NCBI GenBank assembly: GCA_007376385.1 | Contig: VMGC01000001.1 | Location: forward strand, 64,001-128,000 | Direction of reading: 5' to 3' | Source of the DNA: Parcubacteria group bacterium Gr01-1014_8 | Lineage (GTDB): Bacteria > Patescibacteriota > Minisyncoccia > Phycocordibacterales > UBA2100 | Length of the DNA: 64,000 bases | Shown: piece after piece, positions 28,540 through 38,055 of the stretch | Numbering within the stretch: the first letter of the stretch is position 1 | Layout of the letters: the number at the start of each line of letters is the position of its first letter | The notes under the pieces: generated by a model | What the model was told of the DNA's origin: nothing | The model's database searches: none | The model's input: the letters and a program-made list of their open reading frames with translations, nothing else | Position numbers and translations under genes: made by a program

Positions 28540-29781
28540 TTATGCGGCCTTTTGTTTTTCCTTAAACGCTTCTTTCTCCTCGGCAACACCCATATCAGTG
28601 ATGCCTGATATCACATCTTGGAAATTAACATCGTACAATTCGTGCAGTTTTTTCCCGAACTCAACCAGTGTTAATTCTGTGTCATTGTTCGCTCCGAAGA
28701 TCTTTTTTCCCTTGTCTCCTATCTTATTCTTAGGCGAATCCTCATTTATGCGGTTCCATGCATCGATGAGATTGTCCCTCCCGAATGGTTCTGTCACAAA
28801 TGAAGCATTTTTGAATCGAACCTGCATCAATTCTTTCAAGCTCGCTTCAATATCTGTATTTTCTCTGCCGAGAAGTTCCGCAATTTCCTTGTAGTACTGG
28901 TCGCCTCTTTCTCCAGCTTCTTTCTGCGGGGTGACGCGAGTGCCATCTGGCCCACGCCCTCCTTTTCTTCGCCTCGCATCTTTCAAGTTAACAACTTCCC
29001 CTCCCTTGGACCCAGCGGCCGCGCCAGGCTTCGGCGCTTCTGCTTTCCTTTCTGCAGCAGACGTATCAAATAAGCCGTTCTTTGCAATCTCACCATTACG
29101 CTTTGCCCATCTCGCTGCAGAGCCATGTCGAGCATCCCACTTATCAATCCGAGCACTTGTTGAATCAAGGATGGTATCCACGTCCCTAATATTTTTCTCT
29201 GTGATATTCATTTCGTCTGCGAGTATTGCCATACCTTCTACGATCTGGCGCCTTATATCAGGATTCGCATAGTCCCGTTTTTGTACCAGCGCATCATACC
29301 GGGCCTGAAATTTGACGAATTTCGCACGCTGCTCCGTAAGTTTCGTATCCAATGTACCTCTTTCCTCTCTGCTGGCTTTTATTTTCTCCCTCTGTGTTCC
29401 CATTTCGAGCGGCTCTTTCAACTTTTCTCCATACTTTCGATCCATCACGCCTGCAACGTCGCGCCGCCTGCCTCCCAGTTTCGTTATTCTGTCTATGTGG
29501 GCATTCCGCCTTCTGGTGAGTTCGACAATGCTTGCGGCATCACCACCCTTTTCATTAATCCCATTGATCTGCGCACCGATCGCATCCGCCTCAAGTTGAG
29601 AGTTACCGATCTTCTTTCCAAGACTCTCGACTCTCATACCTGCAATCCAACGCACCCCTGGCGCATCTTGATTCTTGATGCGCTGCCATGTTTTAGTCTC
29701 TCCGATGACCTCCGCGGCTTTTGTTACCGCATCCACGGTGGCATCTTTTGCTCGTTTCACCATCTGTAGCGGACGAATCAT
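28540..29781 (-). CDS. Hypothetical highly charged (K/E/R-rich) protein
   Basis: 413 aa, no TM, no recognised motif; apparently co-transcribed with purA upstream and the 106-aa ORF downstream. Confidence 0.5.
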   Translation of the reverse strand: MIRPLQMVKRAKDATVDAVTKAAEVIGETKTWQRIKNQDAPGVRWIAGMRVESLGKKIGNSQLEADAIGAQINGINEKGGDAASIVELTRRRNAHIDRITKLGGRRRDVAGVMDRKYGEKLKEPLEMGTQREKIKASREERGTLDTKLTEQRAKFVKFQARYDALVQKRDYANPDIRRQIVEGMAILADEMNITEKNIRDVDTILDSTSARIDKWDARHGSAARWAKRNGEIAKNGLFDTSAAERKAEAPKPGAAAGSKGGEVVNLKDARRRKGGRGPDGTRVTPQKEAGERGDQYYKEIAELLGRENTDIEASLKELMQVRFKNASFVTEPFGRDNLIDAWNRINEDSPKNKIGDKGKKIFGANNDTELTLVEFGKKLHELYDVNFQDVISGITDMGVAEEKEAFKEKQKAA

Positions 29782-29874
29782 ACCGTTTCCAGCATTCTAC
29801 ACTAGAAAAAACCCGGATCATCCCGCGTGTGCAAAAAATACTCGATGCATATGCGGCTCAACGACCGGACGAAA

Positions 29875-30900
29875 TCAAATACCGTCCTTATTCTCAGAGA
29901 AGAACAATTTGGAGCGAGGAATGCCGAGCGACGCAAGTCTTTTTTGGAGAAACGATTTCATCTCCCTTTCGCTCTTGAAGGGCATGACTCCCCCATTGTC
30001 TACAACTGCCCACGCGCCAACGGCGCGGAGCACATCTACCTTATTGAACACGACATGCGTTACGGCATTCATGCGGATAGCGCGCTCAAGAAGCTGCATG
30101 TCCATCCAGTTTGTTTGCCGACGGCGTCCAGTTGTAGCGCCAAATTCTTCACCTGCGTCAGCAATTTTATTGAACACCTCGCCTTCAGGCTGGAATTTTT
30201 TCTTACCGACATAGGTCTCGTACATTTTTGCGACCCCCCACACTTCCTTCACCGCAGAGTGAGGTACACCGTTCAAAATTGCTCCCCCTACCGTGCAGTG
30301 ACTTGAAGTCACGTATGGATAATCACCCCAGTCGATGTCGAGACCGAATCCTTGGGCGCCTTCGGCGAGCACTTTGACTGCTTTTGTGCCGCCAAACCAC
30401 GCATCATACAGATCAATGAGATAGGGCTTTAGTTCCGGAACATGTTCTGCTCGAATACCAGTCCGGGCAAATTTATCTCGGTACGCAGGACCATTTCCTT
30501 GCCCCGTGGTCCCTACTTTCGTATCTTTGTTATCCTCTGCTTTATGTGCATCGGTGATAATGTGCACATTGTTCGCGACAAAAACAGTATCTCTCGCTTT
30601 TATGCCGCCATCTTCAAGGCCTTGTATCTCTTTTAGGAATTTTTCGGGATCTACGACGCAACCCGGACCAATAACTGATGGGGTTCCTGCAAATACCCCG
30701 GCAGGAACATGGTGTGTCACGAATTTCCTTCCTTTATGGAAAATTGTGTGACCCGCATTGCATCCGCCGTTGTAGCGAAGGACGTGGGTATATTTCCTCG
30801 TTGTGCAGAGATAGTGGGCTACTTTACCCTTACCGCAGTCTCCATATTGGAGATCCACGATGACATCCATCGAAACCGGATTTTTCGACATCTGCCTCAT
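29875..30900 (-). CDS. purA: Adenylosuccinate synthetase (short form)
   Basis: GDCGKGK P-loop-like motif (canonical GDEGKGK), GTTGQGNGPAY (canonical GTTGRGIGPAY), C-terminal GATTGRRR. About 340 aa from M20. Confidence 0.85.
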   Translation of the reverse strand: MRQMSKNPVSMDVIVDLQYGDCGKGKVAHYLCTTRKYTHVLRYNGGCNAGHTIFHKGRKFVTHHVPAGVFAGTPSVIGPGCVVDPEKFLKEIQGLEDGGIKARDTVFVANNVHIITDAHKAEDNKDTKVGTTGQGNGPAYRDKFARTGIRAEHVPELKPYLIDLYDAWFGGTKAVKVLAEGAQGFGLDIDWGDYPYVTSSHCTVGGAILNGVPHSAVKEVWGVAKMYETYVGKKKFQPEGEVFNKIADAGEEFGATTGRRRQTNWMDMQLLERAIRMNAVTHVVFNKVDVLRAVGAWAVVDNGGVMPFKSEREMKSFLQKRLASLGIPRSKLFFSENKDGI

Positions 30901-30993
30901 GATAACAGGCAGATCGAACGCGAGCAAATTTTTCGCTTTAGCAAAAGAGACGCACAAGGAGAAGCAGATGTTGCATCAGTTGCGGATACATAT

Positions 30994-32019
30994 TTAGAAG
31001 GGATTCCTCGGACCGCCACGGATCTCAAAGTGAACATGAGCGCCTGTCGACCGGCCGGTCGAGCCGACGTACCCGATGACTTGTCCTTGCACTACATGCT
31101 GGCCAACCCCGATGATGAGACTCGAAGCATGAGCATAGAGCGTTTGCGTGCCGTTGTCATGCTTGATGACAACGTACTCACCATACCCGCCGTTCCAACC
31201 AGTACCTTTAGAAACGATGACATCGCCAGGAGCAGATGCAAGGATTGGGGTCCCAGCAGGAGCCGCAAGGTCAACACCGTTATACCCGTGTATGCCCTGA
31301 GAACGGATGCCACCAACGATAGGTCGAAGATAGTACCCTGCGTATTGTGCAGAACTGCCTCCCGACGCTGATAATTTTGGAGTGGCCACCCGAGGCGCCG
31401 ATGCCAATTCACCGTCCGGAATGATGATCTCATCGCCCAACGTCAGCGACGAAGCCGCAATGCCGTTGAAATTTGCAATTTCATCCGCATCGCCATGGAA
31501 TACTTTAGCAATAGAAGCAAGCGTATCTCCCTTCTTAACTTTGTATTTAATACCCGTTACCGGAAGTATGGTTAGGGTCTGGCCGACTCGAATGGTGCCG
31601 CTTGCAGAGATATCGTTGGCCCATTTAATGGTATTCATCGACACGTCAAACATCTCTGCAATCTCCGAAAGCGTGTTGCCTTCCTGCACAACATATATGC
31701 TGATGGATTGATTCTTCGTCTTTACAATGTCCGCTATGGTGCCCGATGGACCTTCATCCGGAAGAAGCGCCGAATCATCGACAACGGTTACGTCACCACC
31801 GCCTTTAGATGGATTAGGGTCAATGTTCATTGCCGCTTTGGGAAGCGGCAACGTTTGTAGGTTCGGGATATTTTGTTCGAGGGCTTCGGCTTTCTTCTCT
31901 TGTGTCATGCTCTCTGTCATCGAGATAAGAAAGCTCCCAACTTTGCCTGCTCCCTCGGATAAGATGCCCAACATAGACGCATGCACCGTACTCGGCAGCA
32001 CCGTTCCTGCAAGAAGCAT
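30994..32019 (-). CDS. Secreted LysM-repeat M23-family metallopeptidase
   Basis: Start set at MLLAGTVLPSTVHA (signal peptide); the upstream in-frame part of the ORF is Arg-rich and not protein-like. Two LysM repeats (YVVQEGNTLSEIA..., YKVKKGDTLASIA...) and the M23 motif block (H..G.D.......I.A...G.V.....GYG..V.I.H..G..T.Y.H.....V..G..V..G..IG.VGSTG.STG.H.HFE). Confidence 0.8.
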   Translation of the reverse strand: MLLAGTVLPSTVHASMLGILSEGAGKVGSFLISMTESMTQEKKAEALEQNIPNLQTLPLPKAAMNIDPNPSKGGGDVTVVDDSALLPDEGPSGTIADIVKTKNQSISIYVVQEGNTLSEIAEMFDVSMNTIKWANDISASGTIRVGQTLTILPVTGIKYKVKKGDTLASIAKVFHGDADEIANFNGIAASSLTLGDEIIIPDGELASAPRVATPKLSASGGSSAQYAGYYLRPIVGGIRSQGIHGYNGVDLAAPAGTPILASAPGDVIVSKGTGWNGGYGEYVVIKHDNGTQTLYAHASSLIIGVGQHVVQGQVIGYVGSTGRSTGAHVHFEIRGGPRNPF

Positions 32020-32369
32020 AAGGGAAATGAAAGAAACGCCTGCCTTGCCGCGTCCAATCCTTCGTATGGTCTGAAGATATCCCCTTTGGGCTACTCCAGA
32101 ACGTGTTTTTTTGTACAAAATATGCCCTTTACGGTCTGTTAACCCGTCTCGTGCGAAAGATGTAGGCCTCTGTCTGAATCTCCTATGAAGGCCTGCACGA
32201 CAGGCCGGAGGATGATTGCCTAAATCTTCAATAACGATTGCGGTACAAAGCCGTTTTTTTGGGGTAGCTGGCCAGAAATGCGGGATTCTTTGGCTCAAAA
32301 TCTCACTTTTTTGAGATTCTCGCCTGACTGGAAAATCAGAATCGCTACCGCCTCTATAACTGTAGCCGG

Positions 32370-34400
32370 ATGGAGTGGGGAGTCAACAACCCTTATATTT
32401 CACAAGGGGATAACTATTTTGTCAAATTAAGCTGTCGATCATGCTATAGTGCGCCAGTGAAGCACTTGCATGGCTTAAATGAAAGACAAATGGAGGCAGC
32501 CCTCCATACAGAAGGGCCTCTCCTCATCGTCGCGGGGGCGGGGGCTGGCAAGACAAAAACCATTACACACCGCATTGCACACCTCATGTCAAAGGGGGTA
32601 TCAGGAGCAAGCATCCTCGCTGTCACATTCACTAACAAGGCTGCCGGGGAGATGAGGGGGCGCATCCGAAAACTCCTTAGCAATAGTGTCCACGAGATGC
32701 CATACGTAGCTACCTTCCATTCGCTGGGGGTAAGGCTCCTCCGAGAGTTTGCAAACAAGGCTGGAATATCACGGCAATTCGTCATTTGGGATAGGGACGA
32801 CAGCACACGGGCGCTAAAAAAAGTCCTAAAGGATAAGAGTCTGGATGAAAGATACAATCCAAGAGCAATCTTGAGCGTGATCTCGCGGGAGAAGGGCGAA
32901 GGAAGGGTCGCCGAAACATATGGCGAAAGCACGCGGACTCCGTTTGAAAAGGCCGTTGCGGAAGCTTGGACACAGTACGAAAAGGATGCCGCAACGGAAC
33001 ATGCGCTCGATTTCGATGACCTTCTCCTACGTACGCTCTTGCTGCTGCAGAAAGATATCGATGTCTTATCCGAACTGCAACAGCGATGGTCATATATCAC
33101 TATTGACGAATACCAGGATACAAACCGCGTGCAATATGAGTTGGCACGCCTCCTTGGGGGAGCGCGGATGAATGTCTGTGCGGTCGGCGATGTCGACCAG
33201 AATATCTACAGCTGGAGAGGGGCTGATATCGCACATCTGCTTTCGTTTGAAACAACATACCCGCACACAAAGACAATTCTCCTCGAAAAAAACTACCGCT
33301 CTACGCAAACCATTCTCACGGCAGCAAACGCAGTCATAGCAAAAAATACGCGCCGCTATGCGAAGAACTTGTACACCGACAACCCGACGGGGGAGGCCAT
33401 CACCCTCTATGGCGCGCCAGATGAACGAATGGAAGCGCAGTTCGTTGTTAGGAGTGCGAGGGAACTCATGTCAAGCGGCGTGGATGCCTCCGAAATTGCG
33501 GTGCTATATCGGGAAAATTTTCAATCTCGATCTCTGGAAGAAGTGTGTATCGAGCTTGGGATCCCGTATCGCGTGCTCGGAGTGCGCTTCTTTGAACGCA
33601 CTGAAGTGAAAGATTTGCTTTCGTATCTGCGTGCTGCACTAAATCCAGCAAGTCGGATGGATATTTCACGCATCATAGCCTCGCCGCCTCGCGGCATCGG
33701 CAAGCAGACATTAGAAAAGCTATTTTCCGGAAATGAGACGCTGCTGCAGGCCAGCGCTCGCGCAAAAATATTGGTTTTTCGCACACTACTCTCGAAGATA
33801 CGGGAAAAAATCGAAACAGCAAGCGCTTCCAAGGCCGTGCACTTTGCCTTCATCGAGAGCGGACTCGAAAAACATTTTAAGGAAGGGGACGAAGAAGACA
33901 GAGAGCGGTTCAACAACGCTCGGGAACTCGTCTCACTCGCAACAAAATATGATGCGCTCCCAGCGCCCCTTGGCATCGAACATTTGCTTGAGGACGCTGC
34001 GCTTATGAGCGAACAGGATTCTCTTGATCCAGCTCTTTCCGGGGGCAAAACTAAACAGAGCGCGATATCACTCATGACCGTTCATGCTTCAAAAGGGTTA
34101 GAATTCGACGCAGTATTCATAACTGGCCTCGAACAAGGTCTTTTCCCATCGATGCACGAATCAGACGACAGGGACCCGGAAGAGGAGCGGCGTTTATTTT
34201 ATGTTGCGCTCACTCGGGCACGAAAACACCTTTTCCTCTCGTACGCGGCAAGCAGATTAAAATATGGCTCTCGCGAATATACGATGCCTTCAGAGTTTCT
34301 CGAAGATATTGATACCCGGCTTTTTGCTCCAGCACCAAGCCCATTTGTGCATCGAAAACGCGGGCTTCTCGACACCTGGAGTGAAGACGCTATTACATGA
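32370..34400 (+). CDS. pcrA: UvrD/PcrA/Rep-family ATP-dependent DNA helicase
   Basis: Helicase motifs: LNERQMEAAL, Walker A GAGAGKTKT, motif II TIDEYQDTN, motif VI VALTRARKHLFLSY. The start may be GTG 32457 rather than ATG 32370. Confidence 0.9.
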   Translation: MEWGVNNPYISQGDNYFVKLSCRSCYSAPVKHLHGLNERQMEAALHTEGPLLIVAGAGAGKTKTITHRIAHLMSKGVSGASILAVTFTNKAAGEMRGRIRKLLSNSVHEMPYVATFHSLGVRLLREFANKAGISRQFVIWDRDDSTRALKKVLKDKSLDERYNPRAILSVISREKGEGRVAETYGESTRTPFEKAVAEAWTQYEKDAATEHALDFDDLLLRTLLLLQKDIDVLSELQQRWSYITIDEYQDTNRVQYELARLLGGARMNVCAVGDVDQNIYSWRGADIAHLLSFETTYPHTKTILLEKNYRSTQTILTAANAVIAKNTRRYAKNLYTDNPTGEAITLYGAPDERMEAQFVVRSARELMSSGVDASEIAVLYRENFQSRSLEEVCIELGIPYRVLGVRFFERTEVKDLLSYLRAALNPASRMDISRIIASPPRGIGKQTLEKLFSGNETLLQASARAKILVFRTLLSKIREKIETASASKAVHFAFIESGLEKHFKEGDEEDRERFNNARELVSLATKYDALPAPLGIEHLLEDAALMSEQDSLDPALSGGKTKQSAISLMTVHASKGLEFDAVFITGLEQGLFPSMHESDDRDPEEERRLFYVALTRARKHLFLSYAASRLKYGSREYTMPSEFLEDIDTRLFAPAPSPFVHRKRGLLDTWSEDAIT

Positions 34401-35200
34401 TACGAAACATCAAGAGAAAAGGAGCGCGGCTGGGACAACATTTTCTCAAATCGTCCTCCGTTGCGGCAGCCCTCGCCGACAGCGCACACATAGCGAACAA
34501 TGATACGGTTTTAGAAATAGGACCTGGCACAGGTGCCTTAACAGGAGAATTATTGCGGCGCGGCGCGCGTATCGTCGCAGTTGAAAAGGATGAGGCATTG
34601 GCTCACATACTAGGGACAACATTCAAAAATTCCCTCGCGAATGGCGCTCTCACCATTGTTGTCGATGATATCCGCAATGTCACACCAGAATCTCTACAAC
34701 TTTCGGAGGGACAATACATACTTGCTGCAAATATCCCGTACTACATCACCGGAGAAATTATCCGGCAATTTCTGTCAGCACACTCACAGCCAAAGACAAT
34801 GGCGCTCCTTATACAAAAAGAGGTCGCTGAGCGGATCGCGAAAAGTAAAAAGGAGAGCATTCTTTCTCTATCTGTAAAAGTGTATGGAATTCCGCACCTT
34901 GCTAAAGCCGTCGGGCGCGGCAATTTTTCCCCGCCTCCGTCGGTCGATTCTGCTATCCTCGCTATCACTGATATTTCACGAGCAAATTTTAAACACATGT
35001 CCGAAGAACAATTTTTCCGTACGGTACGTGCCGGCTTCGCCTCCAAGAGAAAAGTGCTCCGAGCAAACCTTGCCAAAATCTCGTCCGCCCCACGCGTCGA
35101 ACATGCATTTTCCGTCTGCAACCTTCCATTCAATGTTCGTGCGGAAGACGTGCCACTTCAATCATGGCTCGAACTTGCAAAAGCGATTGAACACGACTGA
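34397..35200 (+). CDS. rsmA: 16S rRNA (adenine1518/1519-N6)-dimethyltransferase
   Basis: 267 aa; GQHFL...VLEIGPG.G.LT..L motifs of KsgA/RsmA. 4-nt overlap with the helicase stop. Confidence 0.9.
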   Translation: MIRNIKRKGARLGQHFLKSSSVAAALADSAHIANNDTVLEIGPGTGALTGELLRRGARIVAVEKDEALAHILGTTFKNSLANGALTIVVDDIRNVTPESLQLSEGQYILAANIPYYITGEIIRQFLSAHSQPKTMALLIQKEVAERIAKSKKESILSLSVKVYGIPHLAKAVGRGNFSPPPSVDSAILAITDISRANFKHMSEEQFFRTVRAGFASKRKVLRANLAKISSAPRVEHAFSVCNLPFNVRAEDVPLQSWLELAKAIEHD

Positions 35201-36145
35201 TTACCGTCCCGGCGTGGGAGACGCTTTATCTATCCAGTCTGACGCAGTGTCGGTGTCTCTTGTCGGCAAGCTTCTTGCCATTGAGTGCCCGTCAGGTACA
35301 ACAGGAACCGACGGACTGAACGCATTCGTGTTCGTGCCCCACGACGCTGCATCTGCGGGCGATGCAGAAATTGAACTGCGAATTCGTACCACATCTCCTC
35401 CATTCGTGAGTCCATTTCCGATGGAGCTACCTAGTATTACGACAACAGTGTCCGAAGGAATATTCCATTTATTCTTTGTATTTTCATTTGCGACAATGAG
35501 CATGTATTTTCCGGGCGCAAGCGTTGTGTTACTTGGCAGAGTATCGGAACCTCCTGCATTTTGGATGATCCAGCCTGAAAGATTTACCGTATTCCCAGTG
35601 CCGTTGTACAACTCCACCCATTCATTATCAGGATCGTCTCCATGTGCCCAGTCGACATCGTAGTAAATTTCATTGATCACAAGCTTCGGTGTCTCCGGAG
35701 GCGGCACAGGACTTGGCGATGGAGAGGGAGATGGCGAAGGTGACGGACTCGGGCCTGGGCTTGGACTTGGTGATGGATTTGGCGGCGGCCTGTATGCTGG
35801 CGCAGCCGGACCGCTCGAGCCCATCATCATTATGGAAATAGCAGGCTGCACATAAATGGGACTGACGGACCACAAGCAGTCATATGGAATACCCGTTAAC
35901 CCTAATAGCCACTGTCCTACATTGCGCGGCGGTCCGAACTGGTACGTTCTTGTCGAGCGCGTCCACACATAATCTCCGGGGACTGGCGGTGAGAGCCTTG
36001 TAAAAATTGTTTCGTTGTAGCAGACGTGATAGACCGTGATGCGCCCGCCGAACGGAAATGCAAGCGCGGGGGCGCTGAACAGCGCCCAGAAAAGCAGAGA
36101 CATCAATATGAACAAGGAAAGCTTCGACGCTAAAGCCATATGCAT
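35201..36145 (-). CDS. Secreted lamin-tail-domain (LTD) protein with (Pro-Ser)n linker
   Basis: N-terminal signal/TM; C-terminal LTD-like pattern (VINEIYYD...EWVELYN.....L.GW.I). Confidence 0.6.
   Translation of the reverse strand: MHMALASKLSLFILMSLLFWALFSAPALAFPFGGRITVYHVCYNETIFTRLSPPVPGDYVWTRSTRTYQFGPPRNVGQWLLGLTGIPYDCLWSVSPIYVQPAISIMMMGSSGPAAPAYRPPPNPSPSPSPGPSPSPSPSPSPSPSPVPPPETPKLVINEIYYDVDWAHGDDPDNEWVELYNGTGNTVNLSGWIIQNAGGSDTLPSNTTLAPGKYMLIVANENTKNKWNIPSDTVVVILGSSIGNGLTNGGDVVRIRSSISASPADAASWGTNTNAFSPSVPVVPDGHSMARSLPTRDTDTASDWIDKASPTPGR
35696..35785. repeat. Low-complexity (Pro-Ser)n coding repeat within LTD protein
   Basis: PNPSPSPSPGPSPSPSPSPSPSPSPVPPP; seen on the plus strand as ggcgatggagagggagatggcgaaggtgac repeats. 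Confidence 0.8.
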
Positions 36146-36289
36146 AGTCTAGCATCCACAAAATTACTCGATGCTCTACGCCGTGAGATAGGTGTAGATA
36201 TCGCTCTAAGCGAGTTTAACCGCGTCACAACAAAAAACTGTATATAACAAAACCTCACCTATATCTCATGGGGTATAATAGTTGTGCAT

Positions 36290-37180
36290 ATGCATTGGAT
36301 GGTCGCGCATATATATGTGACCGCACTCGTCGTTGTCGGACTTCTCCTCATCGCAGGTACCGCCCTCGTCACATCACGAACGCCTGTCGGCTCATCCCAA
36401 TCAGAAACAACGTGGGGAGGTGCAGGAGGCATCGCATTTTTGAATGCAATCGGGGGAAGAGCTGGTTCTTCACAAGGCCGCATAAAAACACAGCAACTGC
36501 TGGAACAGCAAGCGCAAGATCATACGCCAGTGAGCATCATACCCACAGATGGATCTGAAATATCACAGGGATATGCCGACATCGAATGGCAGTCGCTCCT
36601 CACACAACTGGTAAGACCGAAATCGACAACAGATGAAGTTGCGACAGAACCGGACGGGACTCCGAGCCTCTATTCTTTCATCCCAAGCGGTCTCATGAGT
36701 ACGACCGGTTCTGCGAAACAAAGAACGCCAGCGCAAGATGAGCTTTTCGAGTACGGAAACAGCGTCGGTTCATATATCCAAGGCTTTGATGATCTGCATG
36801 GGAACATGATACAAGTTTTGAAGGACGCATATGAAGATAGAAAAGATCCAGAAAAAATTGCACGCGCGATGCAAATAGGGGCAGATTATGTTCAATTGGG
36901 AAAAGAACTCGAAGAAATGGAAGTTGGACCTAAAGTGGTGCGATCAGCTCATCTTGCTCTTGCAAAAGCGTACCAGGTCGCGGGTTCGAATATGATCGCG
37001 AAGATGAAAACATCGAGCGACGAAGATTTCATTGCGGCAGTGAACACGTACAATCAGAGCGTCGAGGACTTTACAAAACGCTACATCGCACTCGTCACCA
37101 TATTTGAAGTGGCAGAGGTTCAATTCAGCCAAGACGATCCAGGAAAAGTATTCATGTTTCAGTCCGCACCGTCCCTCTAG
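36290..37180 (+). CDS. Hypothetical N-terminally anchored membrane protein (T4SS-like cluster gene A)
   Basis: N-terminal TM (VAHIYVTALVVVGLLLIAGTALV), otherwise no recognised domain. A perfect TATAAT sits at 36274-36279, only about 10 nt upstream of the first ATG (36290), so this may be a leaderless mRNA. The ORF-track start 36284 is GTG. Confidence 0.45.
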   Translation: MHWMVAHIYVTALVVVGLLLIAGTALVTSRTPVGSSQSETTWGGAGGIAFLNAIGGRAGSSQGRIKTQQLLEQQAQDHTPVSIIPTDGSEISQGYADIEWQSLLTQLVRPKSTTDEVATEPDGTPSLYSFIPSGLMSTTGSAKQRTPAQDELFEYGNSVGSYIQGFDDLHGNMIQVLKDAYEDRKDPEKIARAMQIGADYVQLGKELEEMEVGPKVVRSAHLALAKAYQVAGSNMIAKMKTSSDEDFIAAVNTYNQSVEDFTKRYIALVTIFEVAEVQFSQDDPGKVFMFQSAPSL

Positions 37181-37215
37181 CCAAAGACACGCGAAAGCGC
37201 TGGTATAATTCAAGC

Positions 37216-38055
37216 GTGGAAGGCGGAAGACCATCCTCCATTGTTATTACTGCCGGGCTTGCGGCAGCGATTTTGCTTTCCGCCATCGGCTGGCAGCTCG
37301 GCGGATACTGGGCCAAACATCACGTCGTAAAAAAACCAATTCAATTTGATAGAGCGCCAGATGAGACATCGAAAGCGCCCGTCATCGGCTCGATAAGCAA
37401 CGACTGGCGCGATGAGTTAGCGAGACTCGGACTAGTAAATACCACGACGGACGCAGCCGTTGCGACCTCCTCGGATCCACTCGCGACATTTGGCGATACC
37501 ATTGCTCAAGAATTCCTTACCACCTACCTGTCACTCAAACAATACGGCAGCTATTCCCCGGAAAAAGCTGCGCAACTAGGCAAAGCGCTCGGAAGTAATG
37601 CTCATGTTCCGACAAATTTCACATTACACGCAAGCAGCGAGCTGACCCTTGCTTCCGATACGTCAAAGGAGCGTATCTTGAAATATCGAAGCGAAATGCG
37701 AGATGCCTTACGCATGTTGGTAAATGGCTCGCCGCCAGAATTCGAAACATTGGCGCTCTATATTGAGACAAAAAACCCCGAGCGTCTCATTGAACTCTCG
37801 GAAGCGGCCGAACGCTATCGAGATGCGGAGAAAAATGCCCTCGCCGTGGTCGTGCCAAGCGATGCTGCTGAGCTTCACATCCGGGTCGTTAATGCGCTCG
37901 GTGCATATGGAAGCGCAGTGGATCAACTTGTCCGCAGTATGGCGAGCCCCGTCACCACTTTAGCGGTTTTGAGAACGTATAATGAGGCTGAGCGCGAAAT
38001 GCTCTACGCATTTGACGCGCTTGCTAGCTATTATGTACGAAAGAGTAGTCAGTAA
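37216..38055 (+). CDS. Hypothetical N-terminally anchored membrane protein (gene B, probable paralog of A)
   Basis: 279 aa; same N-terminal TM plus helical C-domain architecture as gene A; the C-terminal regions look weakly alignable. Confidence 0.45.
   Translation: MEGGRPSSIVITAGLAAAILLSAIGWQLGGYWAKHHVVKKPIQFDRAPDETSKAPVIGSISNDWRDELARLGLVNTTTDAAVATSSDPLATFGDTIAQEFLTTYLSLKQYGSYSPEKAAQLGKALGSNAHVPTNFTLHASSELTLASDTSKERILKYRSEMRDALRMLVNGSPPEFETLALYIETKNPERLIELSEAAERYRDAEKNALAVVVPSDAAELHIRVVNALGAYGSAVDQLVRSMASPVTTLAVLRTYNEAEREMLYAFDALASYYVRKSSQ

Noticed and set aside
30709-31371. 220-aa plus-strand ORF spanning the purA-lysM junction
   Set aside because: It is antisense to two confidently identified minus-strand genes and has no recognisable motifs.
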